A stretch of 64,000 bases of DNA, taken from positions 1,761-65,760 of IMG/VR virus record IMGVR_UViG_3300030333_001969; one strand, written 5' to 3'. The stretch is from a virus. Lineage: Duplodnaviria > Caudoviricetes. Positions 10,944-21,324 of the stretch are shown in pieces (position 1 is the stretch's first letter; every line of letters begins with the position of its first letter). The translations under genes and the position numbers were made by a program. The notes below the pieces were generated by a model. That model saw only the letters and a program-made list of their open reading frames with translations, ran no database searches and had not been told where the DNA came from.

Positions 10944-13701
10944 ACCTATAATAAAAGACTATATCACTATAGCCGGGAGAAAGAGTTGTAGAAGTTAAAG
11001 AAGTTTGTGCTTTATTTGACATTGCTATTTCATAAAGTTCCCCGTAAAATTGTGTAGTATTATCTGAGCCTTGTCCTATTTTACAATCAGTAGCATCAAA
11101 CTCAAACTTATAATCATTAGCATCGGTATCTGTTATAGAAACTTTTGCTTCTTTTTGTAAAGAATTATTAATATATAACTCAACTCTTCCGGTTGTATCA
11201 TTATAAACTAAAGATATTTTGTATACGGAATCCAAATACAATGCTTCTCTAGGTTGTGATGCATATAATGTAGAAGTAACATTGCTTGGTGGACTACCCA
11301 TTGCTAATACATCACCCGTAACAGATGAAACAGTTCCTACTGTTTCACCATTTGAATTATAAATTGTTTCACCAACACCAATATTTGCGGCTTCTCCGCT
11401 TTGTAATGTAATGTCAGCAGTATTCTGCGTTTGCCATGCTTGGGTTGTAAATGATTTTACACTACTTACTTCCGGCCATGTTCCTTGTAATGTGTTATTT
11501 TGTTGACTACCTGCTGCTCCAATAGTTAAAGTTCTTGATTCACTACTATCAACTGGGGTAACAGAAATAGAACCATTATGTCCATCTGTTGATAAAATAG
11601 CAGTTCTTAAGTTATTCATTGTTGCTATTCTTCCACCGCTTCCAGCATAGGTTCCTATTACATAATGCACATATCCATTAGCAAGTTGTCCATTGGAATA
11701 ATTCAATCCTCCGTTTGCAGTAGATTTAGAACCCTTATATTTCTTTTCAACCCCGTTATCATCATAAATAGAAATATATGAATTAGTATAAACAACATTA
11801 GTTGCTCCTGTCATAGCGGTAAGAGTTAATCCACCTATTGTCCCACTTTTAGTAGGAGTGCTATTATTACCCCCTGTTCCTGTATTTGTGCAAGTTATTG
11901 GTCGAGATGCACCGCTACCGCCTATTATTAAATTTTGATTTGCTTCTATGACTGTTTTCCAATTAATTAACGTGTTTGTTGCAGAATTTCCTAGTTTAAC
12001 TAACTTATAATCTCCTAAAGTATCCCCATTACTTTTTGCATCATTTGCTGTTAAAAACTTATATTTAGTAGTATTTGGTGTTCCTTGGTTATCTGTTATT
12101 GAAACATATTGGTTGGGGTTGTTTAAGTTTACACCACCACTAAAATCTGTTTTAGTTGCATGAGCAGTTCCACCAGAATTAATTATACCTGAAGTGAATG
12201 ATATTCCTAAATTACCTCCTGTTCCAGCATTATTTTGCACTAAAGTAATTGCACCATCAGTATATGAAGTGCCTGTATAAGTAATCGCTCCATTGTGACC
12301 ATTTGCGCTACCCAATGCTGTTCTAAAGTTTACAGCAGTTTGATGGAGACTTGTGCCATTTCTATATAAAATAACGTTTACAGAACCACCATTTGTTGTA
12401 GCCTGTTCTCCATTTGTTGTGTTACTGTGAGGACTCGCTTTGTATCTTCTAACAACATCTGTACCACTAGGATTATATGATGTAATTGTAATATAATCAT
12501 TAACTTCTGTTCCGGGGTTTCCACCTGATATGTTTGTTACATTCCAAAAATTGGCAGTTGTTCCACTACCTAATGTGACGTTTCCATTAAATACAGAAGT
12601 AAAATATGGATTAGTAGATAATGTTTTTGTGCTTGACATTGTAGAGTTATCTGCCAAATCTAATTGAGAGTGAGGATTAGCCCAACCTACAGCATTTATT
12701 GCTTGTGCTAAATTGCCCGCAGTTATTTGTAATTGTCCAGTAGTATCATTTGCTCCTATTTGATAGCCCCAATCTCCAGAACCAAAACCTTCTACGTTGC
12801 TTAAGTCATCATAGTCTTTTCCACCAGCAATAGAACTCATCGGGTAAAATCTATAGGTATTTGTACCGTCTGTAATTTGAACATATACGTTATTATTGGC
12901 TTCGCTTTGACCTGCTTCTTGTTTTACTATTTCTATACTACCAGTTCCTATTGCTTCATTTTGATTACATGGCATATTAATACTATCAAAATCAATTTGT
13001 CCTGTTGCTTTTACTGCTGTAACATATGCAGGTAAGTCTGTATTATCTGTAATGTTTATATTTCCTGCTGCTGCTGTTGCTTTTTCATCATACGGAATAT
13101 CAGTATGTCTATTACAAACAATGGTGGCGGTTGGGGTGACATTTGTTGCAGAAGTAGTTATTCTCCTTCTACTTGTAGATATGCCATCATACCAAGCAGT
13201 TTCATCATAATAACCATGTAAAGTATTATGACTTTTAATTAAGGTAGGGGTTGTTACATACCTTGTTTCAGCAGTAGCCTGTGGAAAGTCTGCTACTAAT
13301 CGCCATTCAGATGGCTGATTAATATTTGTTGTAGTCATATTTTCTAAATATAAATGCAAATTAGTATTATAAAATATAGACATTTTCTTATTATTTTGAG
13401 TTGCGCCAAGTCTTTGATAACTCTGATAGTGTGTTTTATTACTTTCAGTTTCTCCAACCTGTGGAGAAGTTTTTTCAGAATCTAAGGTTCCAAAACCTGT
13501 AGTTCTGCTACCGTAACCATTAATGTCATAGGGAGTAATAATGGCTTCCAATGTAAATGTATTTCTGGGCGACCATACTCCCTGCCTTAGAGAAAGTTCT
13601 GTATCTGTTGCATTCATTTCAGAATAATCTAAATTGATATATCCATCACAAAGCATAGGAAAAACCAATGCTTTAGTCTTCCCAACATAAACTCCCGGCA
13701 T
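10924..13701 (-). CDS. Tail protein with LamG/ConA-like ends and internal repeats (925 aa)
   Basis: FTLEAIITP near the N-terminus and LVYN...ELYIN...KIG....QFYGELYEI at the C-terminus look like a split LamG-like fold around repeated Y(I/V)(S/T/Q)I(T/Y) beta modules. Confidence 0.5.
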   Translation of the reverse strand: MPGVYVGKTKALVFPMLCDGYINLDYSEMNATDTELSLRQGVWSPRNTFTLEAIITPYDINGYGSRTTGFGTLDSEKTSPQVGETESNKTHYQSYQRLGATQNNKKMSIFYNTNLHLYLENMTTTNINQPSEWRLVADFPQATAETRYVTTPTLIKSHNTLHGYYDETAWYDGISTSRRRITTSATNVTPTATIVCNRHTDIPYDEKATAAAGNINITDNTDLPAYVTAVKATGQIDFDSINMPCNQNEAIGTGSIEIVKQEAGQSEANNNVYVQITDGTNTYRFYPMSSIAGGKDYDDLSNVEGFGSGDWGYQIGANDTTGQLQITAGNLAQAINAVGWANPHSQLDLADNSTMSSTKTLSTNPYFTSVFNGNVTLGSGTTANFWNVTNISGGNPGTEVNDYITITSYNPSGTDVVRRYKASPHSNTTNGEQATTNGGSVNVILYRNGTSLHQTAVNFRTALGSANGHNGAITYTGTSYTDGAITLVQNNAGTGGNLGISFTSGIINSGGTAHATKTDFSGGVNLNNPNQYVSITDNQGTPNTTKYKFLTANDAKSNGDTLGDYKLVKLGNSATNTLINWKTVIEANQNLIIGGSGASRPITCTNTGTGGNNSTPTKSGTIGGLTLTAMTGATNVVYTNSYISIYDDNGVEKKYKGSKSTANGGLNYSNGQLANGYVHYVIGTYAGSGGRIATMNNLRTAILSTDGHNGSISVTPVDSSESRTLTIGAAGSQQNNTLQGTWPEVSSVKSFTTQAWQTQNTADITLQSGEAANIGVGETIYNSNGETVGTVSSVTGDVLAMGSPPSNVTSTLYASQPREALYLDSVYKISLVYNDTTGRVELYINNSLQKEAKVSITDTDANDYKFEFDATDCKIGQGSDNTTQFYGELYEIAMSNKAQTSLTSTTLSPGYSDIVFYYRFDEDDS

Positions 13702-13710
13702 TCATATTCC

Positions 13711-14433
13711 TCAAAATGTTGTGTTAATAAAGTCTGAAACAGCAGTAGATGCTTGAACAAATGATAGGTTGAAATTAATTGTAGGGATACTAGCACCCGA
13801 TAAATCTGTACCTACATCTGTAATAAATCCTTCAATTCCTTTTATTTCTTGAGAAGCACTTGTTATTGCATCAAACGTTCCTTTGGTTTCACCAATAGAC
13901 CAATCAGGAACATCATATATCCTATTAGCAAAGTTAAATGGTATTAACGGCAATTCATCATGTGGGGTATTTTCGTGTCCTGTTCTAACATCAAAATTAT
14001 CATCCACTCTACTAGGCATTAATATAATTAATTTTGATGGATTTTGGTCTTGTTGTAAGAATGAAGAATCTACATATGAGTGTAATAGTTGTGCTACTTC
14101 ATAACTTGTCATTTTGGCTTGCTTTACAGCACCGCTTCCAGACCGCTTATGTATTGTTTGGTCAGTAAGGAATCCACTTAATTGAACTGTTTTTCTAGCC
14201 ATTCCTGCATCCATAACCATAGTAGTAGATTCACCAGAAATAAGACCAGAAAAGGGAACCTCAAATGGCATTGTAGTCTTTGCTGTTTGTATATTTATAG
14301 TCTCACAATATAGTCCTATTCTATTAGTGTGTATAGTATTACTTGCATCATCTATTGGATGAACCTTTCTCCTAGCAAGTTCTAACATTACGAAGGTTGC
14401 TCCTTCTGCTCTTATATCTGCAAAATCTACCAT
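13711..14433 (-). CDS. Putative distal tail protein
   Basis: Immediately downstream of the tape measure; 240 aa. Positional inference. Confidence 0.45.
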   Translation of the reverse strand: MVDFADIRAEGATFVMLELARRKVHPIDDASNTIHTNRIGLYCETINIQTAKTTMPFEVPFSGLISGESTTMVMDAGMARKTVQLSGFLTDQTIHKRSGSGAVKQAKMTSYEVAQLLHSYVDSSFLQQDQNPSKLIILMPSRVDDNFDVRTGHENTPHDELPLIPFNFANRIYDVPDWSIGETKGTFDAITSASQEIKGIEGFITDVGTDLSGASIPTINFNLSFVQASTAVSDFINTTF

Positions 14434-14436
14434 TTA

Positions 14437-15852
14437 TTAAAACCTCGTTGGTGTTGTGTTTGTTCTATTCATTCTCATGTTAATCTCTCTTGCTACCTTT
14501 GTTGCCATGTCTTTTACTTCTGCATCTGATGCGCCTATACGACCTTGAACATTTACTGTAATGTTTGTTGTACCCATCATGTTTGCAGATTGGTTGCTAG
14601 TATGAACCCTAGACCCTCTTGGTAATGAAACTAATTCTGGGCCTTTTTCTCCTACTAAAGTCATATTTTCATTTACTACTCCTCCTGTGGCTCTACCCGG
14701 AATTACCTTTGCTATAGCCCCTGCAACTGCGGCTGCAAGAAGATAACCTAAGGCTATCATCCATCCACCTGTAGCAATGAAGGTTATCGCTGCTACTACT
14801 AATAATATTGCAGAAACCATAGTAAAAAGGAATTTACCTATTCTTGCAAGCCTACTTTGTCCTTCTTCTAACTTACCAAATAATACACTCCATGCTATGT
14901 TTAAAACAAGCATAAGGGCAGAAGCCATTATACCAAATGCCCCAATTACTAATTGAATCATGCCCCAACCTAATTGTTTTAATCCCTCAAAGAACTTACC
15001 AAAATCTCCTTGTAATGCTCCTACTACCATTTTAAATACTCCTCCCAATACATTAACTATTCCTGACCAAATCATCGTTAATGCTCTAACAAATACCTTT
15101 CTTGATTCTTGAATCCAAGGCCACATCATTTTAATAATATTTACAAGGACTAAAATTCCAAGTAAGAAAACAGTTCCCCACATTAGGGCATTTTTCAAAA
15201 ACGTTCTTAACCCTTTTAAGACTGGGTTAATGGCCTTAGCAAAATTAACTAATCGTTGACGTTGTTTAATGAAGAATTTTTGAACCGGATTATCTGCTTC
15301 ATCTAATTCTCGCTTGTCTAATTTCTTTTGCACAATTCTTTCTTGTGCCACATCTAACTTTGCTTTTTGACCACTCATCATGTCTTTGGTATTTTTCATT
15401 ACTTCTTCTTGAATAGCAATTTGTTTTGCTTGCTCATCATTAAACTCCATTAGACCCTTTGTATCTAATGCATCAATATATGCTTCTGCTTGTTGAACAA
15501 TAGCATCGTATTCTTTAACTGATTCGCTTGCTATGCCTTGCCATTCTTCCCATGCAAGGTTATTATCTAATAAGTCTTCATTTAAGTTTTCTAATGCGTC
15601 ACTTAATTTAACTTGAGCATTAATGGCATCCATTACGGCTTTATTTCCGGCTTCATGCCCATCATAATATAATCTAAAAGCATCAGTAATAGCCCTAAAT
15701 TTATTTTGAACTGCCCAGAAATTAGGTAAAATACCCGATGCTGAACGACTAACTATTGTCCAAAATCTTGATTTGTTTAAACCAACCATTACATCTTGTA
15801 AACCAGTTGTATTGGCGGAAAGGGCTTCAATAGAAGCGGATATTGAATACAT
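14437..15852 (-). CDS. Tail tape measure protein (short, about 471 aa)
   Basis: Helical N-terminus, hydrophobic middle with periodic aromatics, C-terminal RATGG...VGEKGPE motif; follows the chaperone gene. Confidence 0.75.
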   Translation of the reverse strand: MYSISASIEALSANTTGLQDVMVGLNKSRFWTIVSRSASGILPNFWAVQNKFRAITDAFRLYYDGHEAGNKAVMDAINAQVKLSDALENLNEDLLDNNLAWEEWQGIASESVKEYDAIVQQAEAYIDALDTKGLMEFNDEQAKQIAIQEEVMKNTKDMMSGQKAKLDVAQERIVQKKLDKRELDEADNPVQKFFIKQRQRLVNFAKAINPVLKGLRTFLKNALMWGTVFLLGILVLVNIIKMMWPWIQESRKVFVRALTMIWSGIVNVLGGVFKMVVGALQGDFGKFFEGLKQLGWGMIQLVIGAFGIMASALMLVLNIAWSVLFGKLEEGQSRLARIGKFLFTMVSAILLVVAAITFIATGGWMIALGYLLAAAVAGAIAKVIPGRATGGVVNENMTLVGEKGPELVSLPRGSRVHTSNQSANMMGTTNITVNVQGRIGASDAEVKDMATKVAREINMRMNRTNTTPTRF

Positions 15853-15874
15853 CCTATCTTCTATTGAAATTTAA

Positions 15875-16093
15875 TCACCCCTTCCTTTGTACTTTTTTAA
15901 TTTCATCAGACTCTATCTCTTTTACAGCCCCATGTATTTGCATAAATTTCTGAATCGTTTTTATTGGAGTGTTTTTTGCTTCCTCTGGATTTAAATGAAA
16001 CGTTTGACAATAACTATATAATAATATATCCATTGCTATTTGTGGGTCAACCTTCCTACCATTTAAAGCATTTTTATAATCACTCAGTTTCCC
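15875..16093 (-). CDS. -1 frameshift extension of the tail assembly chaperone (lambda gpGT-like)
   Basis: Slippery G GGA AAC (16087-16093) directly precedes the chaperone TGA. The -1 frame is open for 72 codons (KLSDYKNALNGRKVDPQIAMDILLYSYCQTFHLNPEEA...) to TGA at 15875. Confidence 0.75.
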   Translation of the reverse strand, partial: GKLSDYKNALNGRKVDPQIAMDILLYSYCQTFHLNPEEAKNTPIKTIQKFMQIHGAVKEIESDEIKKVQRKG

Positions 16094-16455
16094 ATATCAT
16101 CCCCAAAGGAATCCGTTAGGGGATTTGGTAGGATTTCTTTTAATTGCCCTCCTACATAGGGTGATAGACGCAAAAGTTCTATCTTTGACAGACTTGGTTC
16201 TGTCTTTTCTATGAAGTTTTCAACCATGAATTTATACATTTTATTCATGTCTATCTCCATACCTCCTGTCTTTGAATCAAGTGCCATTACACTTGACATT
16301 GCTTGCTCTACTTGGAGCCATGTGGGTTCTTTGACCCACACCTTTACATATTCATCACTATCGGGCGAAGCCTTCAAGTGATGGCATTCAGTTTCAACTG
16401 CCGAAAACAGTTTATTCTTATCATTAACTACTTGTCTTTCCATAGTTTTTTCCAC
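16084..16455 (-). CDS. Tail assembly chaperone
   Basis: About 120 aa between major tail protein and tape measure, ending in a slippery heptamer. Confidence 0.75.
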   Translation of the reverse strand: MEKTMERQVVNDKNKLFSAVETECHHLKASPDSDEYVKVWVKEPTWLQVEQAMSSVMALDSKTGGMEIDMNKMYKFMVENFIEKTEPSLSKIELLRLSPYVGGQLKEILPNPLTDSFGDDMGN

Positions 16456-16666
16456 CTACAATATAACTAACAAACATACAAACGTATTGTTAGTGGAATC
16501 TGAAATTTGATTATAAAATGATTTTTAAAAGCCTCCGCAGGGAGTCATTTTTTGACCCCCTATTTTGCACGACACCCACCCTAAACGGGAAATGCCCTGC
16601 TAAAATTTACCTCCATCTCCTAGAAAAAGTTTTCTTTTTACTTGAATATCTCTTAAGGGTCATCAA

Positions 16667-18292
16667 TCACAGTATAATCCAGTTTCCGTTGTATTGACAA
16701 CCATTGGTTGCAAGGGTTCGTGCCGAGACTGTGAGAGCGACTTCTAATGCTCCTTTATCATCTGGGAACGGAATGTCTACAGAAGTAGTCAAATAGTCAT
16801 CAAACTTAAACTTGATGTATTCTCCGTTTGACTTTGTAAACTCTAACTCAATTAACTCATCAGTTGTTGATGTATCTGTTGTTTCGTTTTGCTTCCTTAA
16901 CTCATCCCAAATTGTTCTGTCGGTTATTAACAAGTTAAGGTTTATATCATAAGTTCTTTGTCCTGCAATGTGAGCAGAAGTAATAGTTCTGTCATAGTTT
17001 CCTATGAATCTTTGTGCGGTTAGGTTGTTGGCTATTGATAAAGACCCGCCCTTTACTCTAGCCATTTGTTGACCGAATATCTTAATAGAACCATCAGAGA
17101 ACATAAAGGGATTAGTGTCGTCTGTATTTCTTCCCTCAAAATTAATTAAATCAGTTACGTTTTGCTGACCTCTTCTTGGAGAATAGTTGGTTTCACAATC
17201 ATGTGCCTTTCTTGCCATAGCACTTACAGATGCAGTTACTTCTTGTCCTTCCTCAAAGTTTAATGTAAGGGAGTTAACCTGACAACCTGTATAAATTCTA
17301 GTAAACATACTTTCCTTATTAGCATCTACTCTATACGGAGACACGTTATTCTTTTCTGCATTAATTTCTAAAGCAAATGAAGGTAAATCTCCAGAATCAT
17401 TTTCTAATATATTATATAGAATATCTGGGTATATACCATCAGTAGTATTAATTGCTTGATAGTTAGTTAAAGTGTCACCACCGGGATATGATGCTAAAGG
17501 AGGAAACAGTCTCTTTACTGTTTGGCTTCCATTATAATCATCTAATACTCTATGGAATGTTGCATTTGCAGTATTGCTTGTAATATGTGAATAGAAGCGA
17601 TTAGTTATTAATGTATCTCCTGCTTCATTGCTAGTTCCACCTAATGAAGATGTAGCGTAGGTCATATCTCCTAAAGCATAATATAACCAAGAACCGTTAT
17701 TCAAAGCAACATCAAAAGACGCTTCTCCAAGTGTTTCTGCGGCTTTGTATTGATACCCAAAGTTTCTTGTTCCTCCCATAGCAAGATTAATTTGTTTTAA
17801 TTCTGCATCAACAGTTGGTGGAGTAATTGTATTTACTAACCCTAACCATACATCTGCGGAAGTAACTATGGCAGTATCATCAGCAGCAGGTGCAGGTAGT
17901 GGCGCACCATATCCATGAATAACTATTTTAAATCTGTTGTTAGCAGTAGTAGATATTTCTTGGTTAAAAGTAATTGAGTTTGACCCGTTAGATTTAATCC
18001 TAAGAGTTTGAGCAGTTGCAGGAGTTCCTAAATCAGCACCAGATGAGTTTTTTTCTGTAATTGTTGCTAGACAACCCTTATACAAATCAGTTACTAATTT
18101 TATTCTCGTTCCCGCAGAAATTTTAACTGAATCAAAACTAGACCCAGTTGTTGTTAGTGAGGGCAATGGCCCACACGCAATCAACGTTCCATTCTTTCCA
18201 CTTTCATCTATTAATGCACCTAAATCAAATTCTAATTCAGGTATCATACTTGCAGATAAACCTGCTCCTGTATATACTTCATTATTTACCAT
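16667..18292 (-). CDS. Major tail (tube) protein with insertions
   Basis: Position. C-terminal half RIYTGCQVNSLTLNF...GGSLSIANNL...GQRTYDINL resembles siphoviral tube proteins. Confidence 0.65.
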   Translation of the reverse strand: MVNNEVYTGAGLSASMIPELEFDLGALIDESGKNGTLIACGPLPSLTTTGSSFDSVKISAGTRIKLVTDLYKGCLATITEKNSSGADLGTPATAQTLRIKSNGSNSITFNQEISTTANNRFKIVIHGYGAPLPAPAADDTAIVTSADVWLGLVNTITPPTVDAELKQINLAMGGTRNFGYQYKAAETLGEASFDVALNNGSWLYYALGDMTYATSSLGGTSNEAGDTLITNRFYSHITSNTANATFHRVLDDYNGSQTVKRLFPPLASYPGGDTLTNYQAINTTDGIYPDILYNILENDSGDLPSFALEINAEKNNVSPYRVDANKESMFTRIYTGCQVNSLTLNFEEGQEVTASVSAMARKAHDCETNYSPRRGQQNVTDLINFEGRNTDDTNPFMFSDGSIKIFGQQMARVKGGSLSIANNLTAQRFIGNYDRTITSAHIAGQRTYDINLNLLITDRTIWDELRKQNETTDTSTTDELIELEFTKSNGEYIKFKFDDYLTTSVDIPFPDDKGALEVALTVSARTLATNGCQYNGNWIIL

Positions 18293-18304
18293 TTTAACTA
18301 CCTA

Positions 18305-18850
18305 CTAACTTACAATTGGTCTTCCAAATCTCTTCATATTAACAGTCAGTTTATACCCTAACAACCTTTTACCTCTATCATTAGCATCACTTCTGCCTGT
18401 AATCTGTAATAACTCGGCACTATTACCAGCACTTATTGATGGCCTTAGCCCCTTCTTCTCTATGATGTAGCGCACGATTTGATATAAACTTTGTAGTCGA
18501 GTCCTTGCAAATGTTAGGTCGGCTTGTCCTTTAGGTTGTAATGTTCTAATATGTAACGTAAATGTGTATTCTTCATTTCTAACCGACCAATCAATTGTAG
18601 GGTGAGTAATGCTTGCTGAGTCTTCATAAAATAATATAATATCTGTTGAATCTAAGTCTACTCTTCTTCCTTGATTGGGAGTAAAGTTTTTTATATCAAT
18701 TAAAAGAGGCTTTGCTCTATGTGAAGATGTTCCCGGACAATTGTCTCCAAAGGCATTAACTTCTCCATTGGCGGCATTACCATCAACATCAACAGTTGCG
18801 TTTGTCCAATTCTCATCAATAAGAGTTATGAGGAAAGTGATTTCATCCAT
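18305..18850 (-). CDS. Putative tail terminator / completion protein
   Basis: 181 aa directly upstream of the tail tube gene; positional. Confidence 0.45.
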   Translation of the reverse strand: MDEITFLITLIDENWTNATVDVDGNAANGEVNAFGDNCPGTSSHRAKPLLIDIKNFTPNQGRRVDLDSTDIILFYEDSASITHPTIDWSVRNEEYTFTLHIRTLQPKGQADLTFARTRLQSLYQIVRYIIEKKGLRPSISAGNSAELLQITGRSDANDRGKRLLGYKLTVNMKRFGRPIVS

Positions 18851-19062
18851 TCTTTTTCCTCCTTACTTAAAGCATATTCAAATTTTCTAAAGAAGTTATC
18901 TGCTGCATTATCTAATACCATGTCGTCATCTGCTGCTAAGTCTTCTAATCCCTGCAAAGCAAGTATTTCTTTTTCTATTTCTGCTCTCTCTTTTTCAAGT
19001 TTCAATATCTTTTGAAACTCAAATATAAGATTTTTCATTTCACCCATGTTATCACTAATCAA
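18826..19062 (-). CDS. Hypothetical neck-region protein
   Basis: 78-aa ORF overlapping both neighbours in the operon. Confidence 0.5.
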   Translation of the reverse strand: MISDNMGEMKNLIFEFQKILKLEKERAEIEKEILALQGLEDLAADDDMVLDNAADNFFRKFEYALSKEEKEWMKSLSS

Positions 19063-20191
19063 TTAAATGAAGCAATTGTTTCTTGCCGTCTATTATCTGT
19101 TTGGCCTCTTCAACAAGTATGTCGTGTTTAGTTTTCAAATCAATATTTGCACCAGATTCAGCAATTAATACAGTATTATCATCATGTAATAGCACTTCTG
19201 CTGCTACCATCTTTGTTGCTGCTTCGTGAATTGCCGCCGGAACCCTGCTTCCACCAATTTGATAAGTGACTTTTATTGCATTGTTTTGAATATAGGGCCA
19301 ATTATTTCTAAAATAAATTCTTCCTTCTTCCTTAATATCCCACCAATCTTCTCTTCTTCCATAAGATTCTTTGTCTTCAAAAGAAATAGTGCTTATTTTT
19401 GCTAAAGTAGAACCTTGCCATTCCTCAATTGTGCATATTGTTCCTGCATCAGAAGGAAGTAGTGAAGAAATTTTAACCTTAGTTCCGTCATGGCTTGGAG
19501 AAGCATAAAAGAAATCTGAGATATTTTTGTCAGTATGGTTTCCTCCACCATCACCTGTGTCGTTTTCTCCTGTAATTGTCTTAGCCTGTGTTTCTCCTGT
19601 AAACCCTGAAGTCTTTGATGGGTATTTTTCATTAATTGCATCACATAATTGTAACACCGTTGTCTTTTCACCTAGATGATTATAGAATCCATTTGCAGAA
19701 CCTCTTGGAACATTAAACCTAATTGTGTTTGCTTCGCCCGGAGTCCCTACATAAAAGACGTATTTATGATTTTCAGTTGTAGTTGTTGGAGTTATTGTTG
19801 CCATAGCAGAAGCAATGTCTTCATATTGATTACCTTTCCAAACCTCTAGCCTAACCAATTTTCTTATATTAGTATATATTAATTGAATAAAACCAACATA
19901 ATCTTTCCAATGTGATACAGGATACATAACATCTCTTGTTGGAATAAAATCATGATGTTCTTTTTGTATTATTTCTGGTCTAAATGTAGTTTTAATACTA
20001 TCATCTATCTTGCCTTCAACTCTCTTAATTATCTTTCCTACTTCTGCATTTGTTGGACTTGTTGACCCACTAAATGTTTGACATTGTAATAATGCTGTAA
20101 CATCTGCATGGGTAGTATAATATCCAAACCCTGTTCCATAGTTTACTGCTTGTCCTTGAACAAAATCACTATCTGACTTTAACTTACTCAT
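19055..20191 (-). CDS. Head-tail adaptor / connector protein
   Basis: N-terminal YTT.ADV..LL and C-terminal IKVTY..G...VPAAIHEAA..MVA are typical of head-tail adaptors, with a central insertion. Confidence 0.65.
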   Translation of the reverse strand: MSKLKSDSDFVQGQAVNYGTGFGYYTTHADVTALLQCQTFSGSTSPTNAEVGKIIKRVEGKIDDSIKTTFRPEIIQKEHHDFIPTRDVMYPVSHWKDYVGFIQLIYTNIRKLVRLEVWKGNQYEDIASAMATITPTTTTENHKYVFYVGTPGEANTIRFNVPRGSANGFYNHLGEKTTVLQLCDAINEKYPSKTSGFTGETQAKTITGENDTGDGGGNHTDKNISDFFYASPSHDGTKVKISSLLPSDAGTICTIEEWQGSTLAKISTISFEDKESYGRREDWWDIKEEGRIYFRNNWPYIQNNAIKVTYQIGGSRVPAAIHEAATKMVAAEVLLHDDNTVLIAESGANIDLKTKHDILVEEAKQIIDGKKQLLHLID

Positions 20192-21324
20192 CTATTCATC
20201 CACCTACTTATTTTTGCCATTTGCCTTTTAATATAGGAAACTATTGTTACGCTTTGTGTTCTGTAAAAACGAGCCTGTCCACCTTCTTCTAATCCTACGC
20301 GGGTTCTTCCTGTTCCAAATTCAGGATTAATATCTTTATGCCCACTTAACACATATTTCTTTTGTCTTTTCCAATCCCTTGACTTTTCAGGAGATTGTTC
20401 TACAACATTTCTCCAGCGATATTCACCAGTAGTTTTAAAGTCTATATTTTCTAATCTATAAACACCTATCCTTTCTTCTAATTCTTCGCGGGCAGCATCA
20501 CTTTTATCTTTTGCTGTTTTTAAATGTTTAAGATATTTATCATCTGCAAGAGTGGCAGTAATTTCTAACTTTAACACTCCTACTTTAGTTGGAGTAATTG
20601 CATCGTTTATTTGTGGTGCAACGTCTTTTATATTCATTAAATTGTCCCAATCTAACTCTAATTTTTTGTCTCCTGCCTCTGGTGTTTGGTTTCTAAAAAA
20701 TCTTCTTTCTGGATATGCTGAGTTTTTAGGAGCATGAACAATGGGTTTTATATTTCTTACACTTCGCTTGGCTTCTATTAACTTATCAGATAGTCCTCTT
20801 TTTCCAAAAGCCATTAATATTTCTGATTCAAATGCGTTAGGGTTTCTTTTACCATCTACCTTTTCAATGTGGTCAATAATAAATTTTACTTCTGCTGGGC
20901 TATATTCCTTAATTGTTGGAAATTCAAATACAGTCCCACCAGTCTTTTCATCTACTTTCTTTTCACCATCCTTCATTACACCCCACACCATGTTTCTAAC
21001 AGTAGGTAAATCAATTACTTTGGTGTTATATGCGTGTTCAATTATATCTAATTCTCTATCAGTTAGGTCAACATCCTCATCAATACCTCCTACTTTTTCT
21101 ATTAATGAGTTAAGTGCTTTCTTAGTATTAACTTTAAACCACAGTTCTCTATCTTTTCCTTCAAAGTCTTTCCATCCTTTAGGATACCATGATGCAGAGA
21201 TTTCATACTCAGACGGCAGTTCCCTTTTATAGTCTGGGTTTTTAGACCCATCATGGGGGTCTACAATATCTTTAAGTTCTTTTAACATTTGCATATTTAA
21301 TCCCCCGTAAATAAACTTAACCAT
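20188..21324 (-). CDS. Hypothetical protein (378 aa)
   Basis: Long ORF translationally coupled in the late operon. Confidence 0.7.
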   Translation of the reverse strand: MVKFIYGGLNMQMLKELKDIVDPHDGSKNPDYKRELPSEYEISASWYPKGWKDFEGKDRELWFKVNTKKALNSLIEKVGGIDEDVDLTDRELDIIEHAYNTKVIDLPTVRNMVWGVMKDGEKKVDEKTGGTVFEFPTIKEYSPAEVKFIIDHIEKVDGKRNPNAFESEILMAFGKRGLSDKLIEAKRSVRNIKPIVHAPKNSAYPERRFFRNQTPEAGDKKLELDWDNLMNIKDVAPQINDAITPTKVGVLKLEITATLADDKYLKHLKTAKDKSDAAREELEERIGVYRLENIDFKTTGEYRWRNVVEQSPEKSRDWKRQKKYVLSGHKDINPEFGTGRTRVGLEEGGQARFYRTQSVTIVSYIKRQMAKISRWMNR

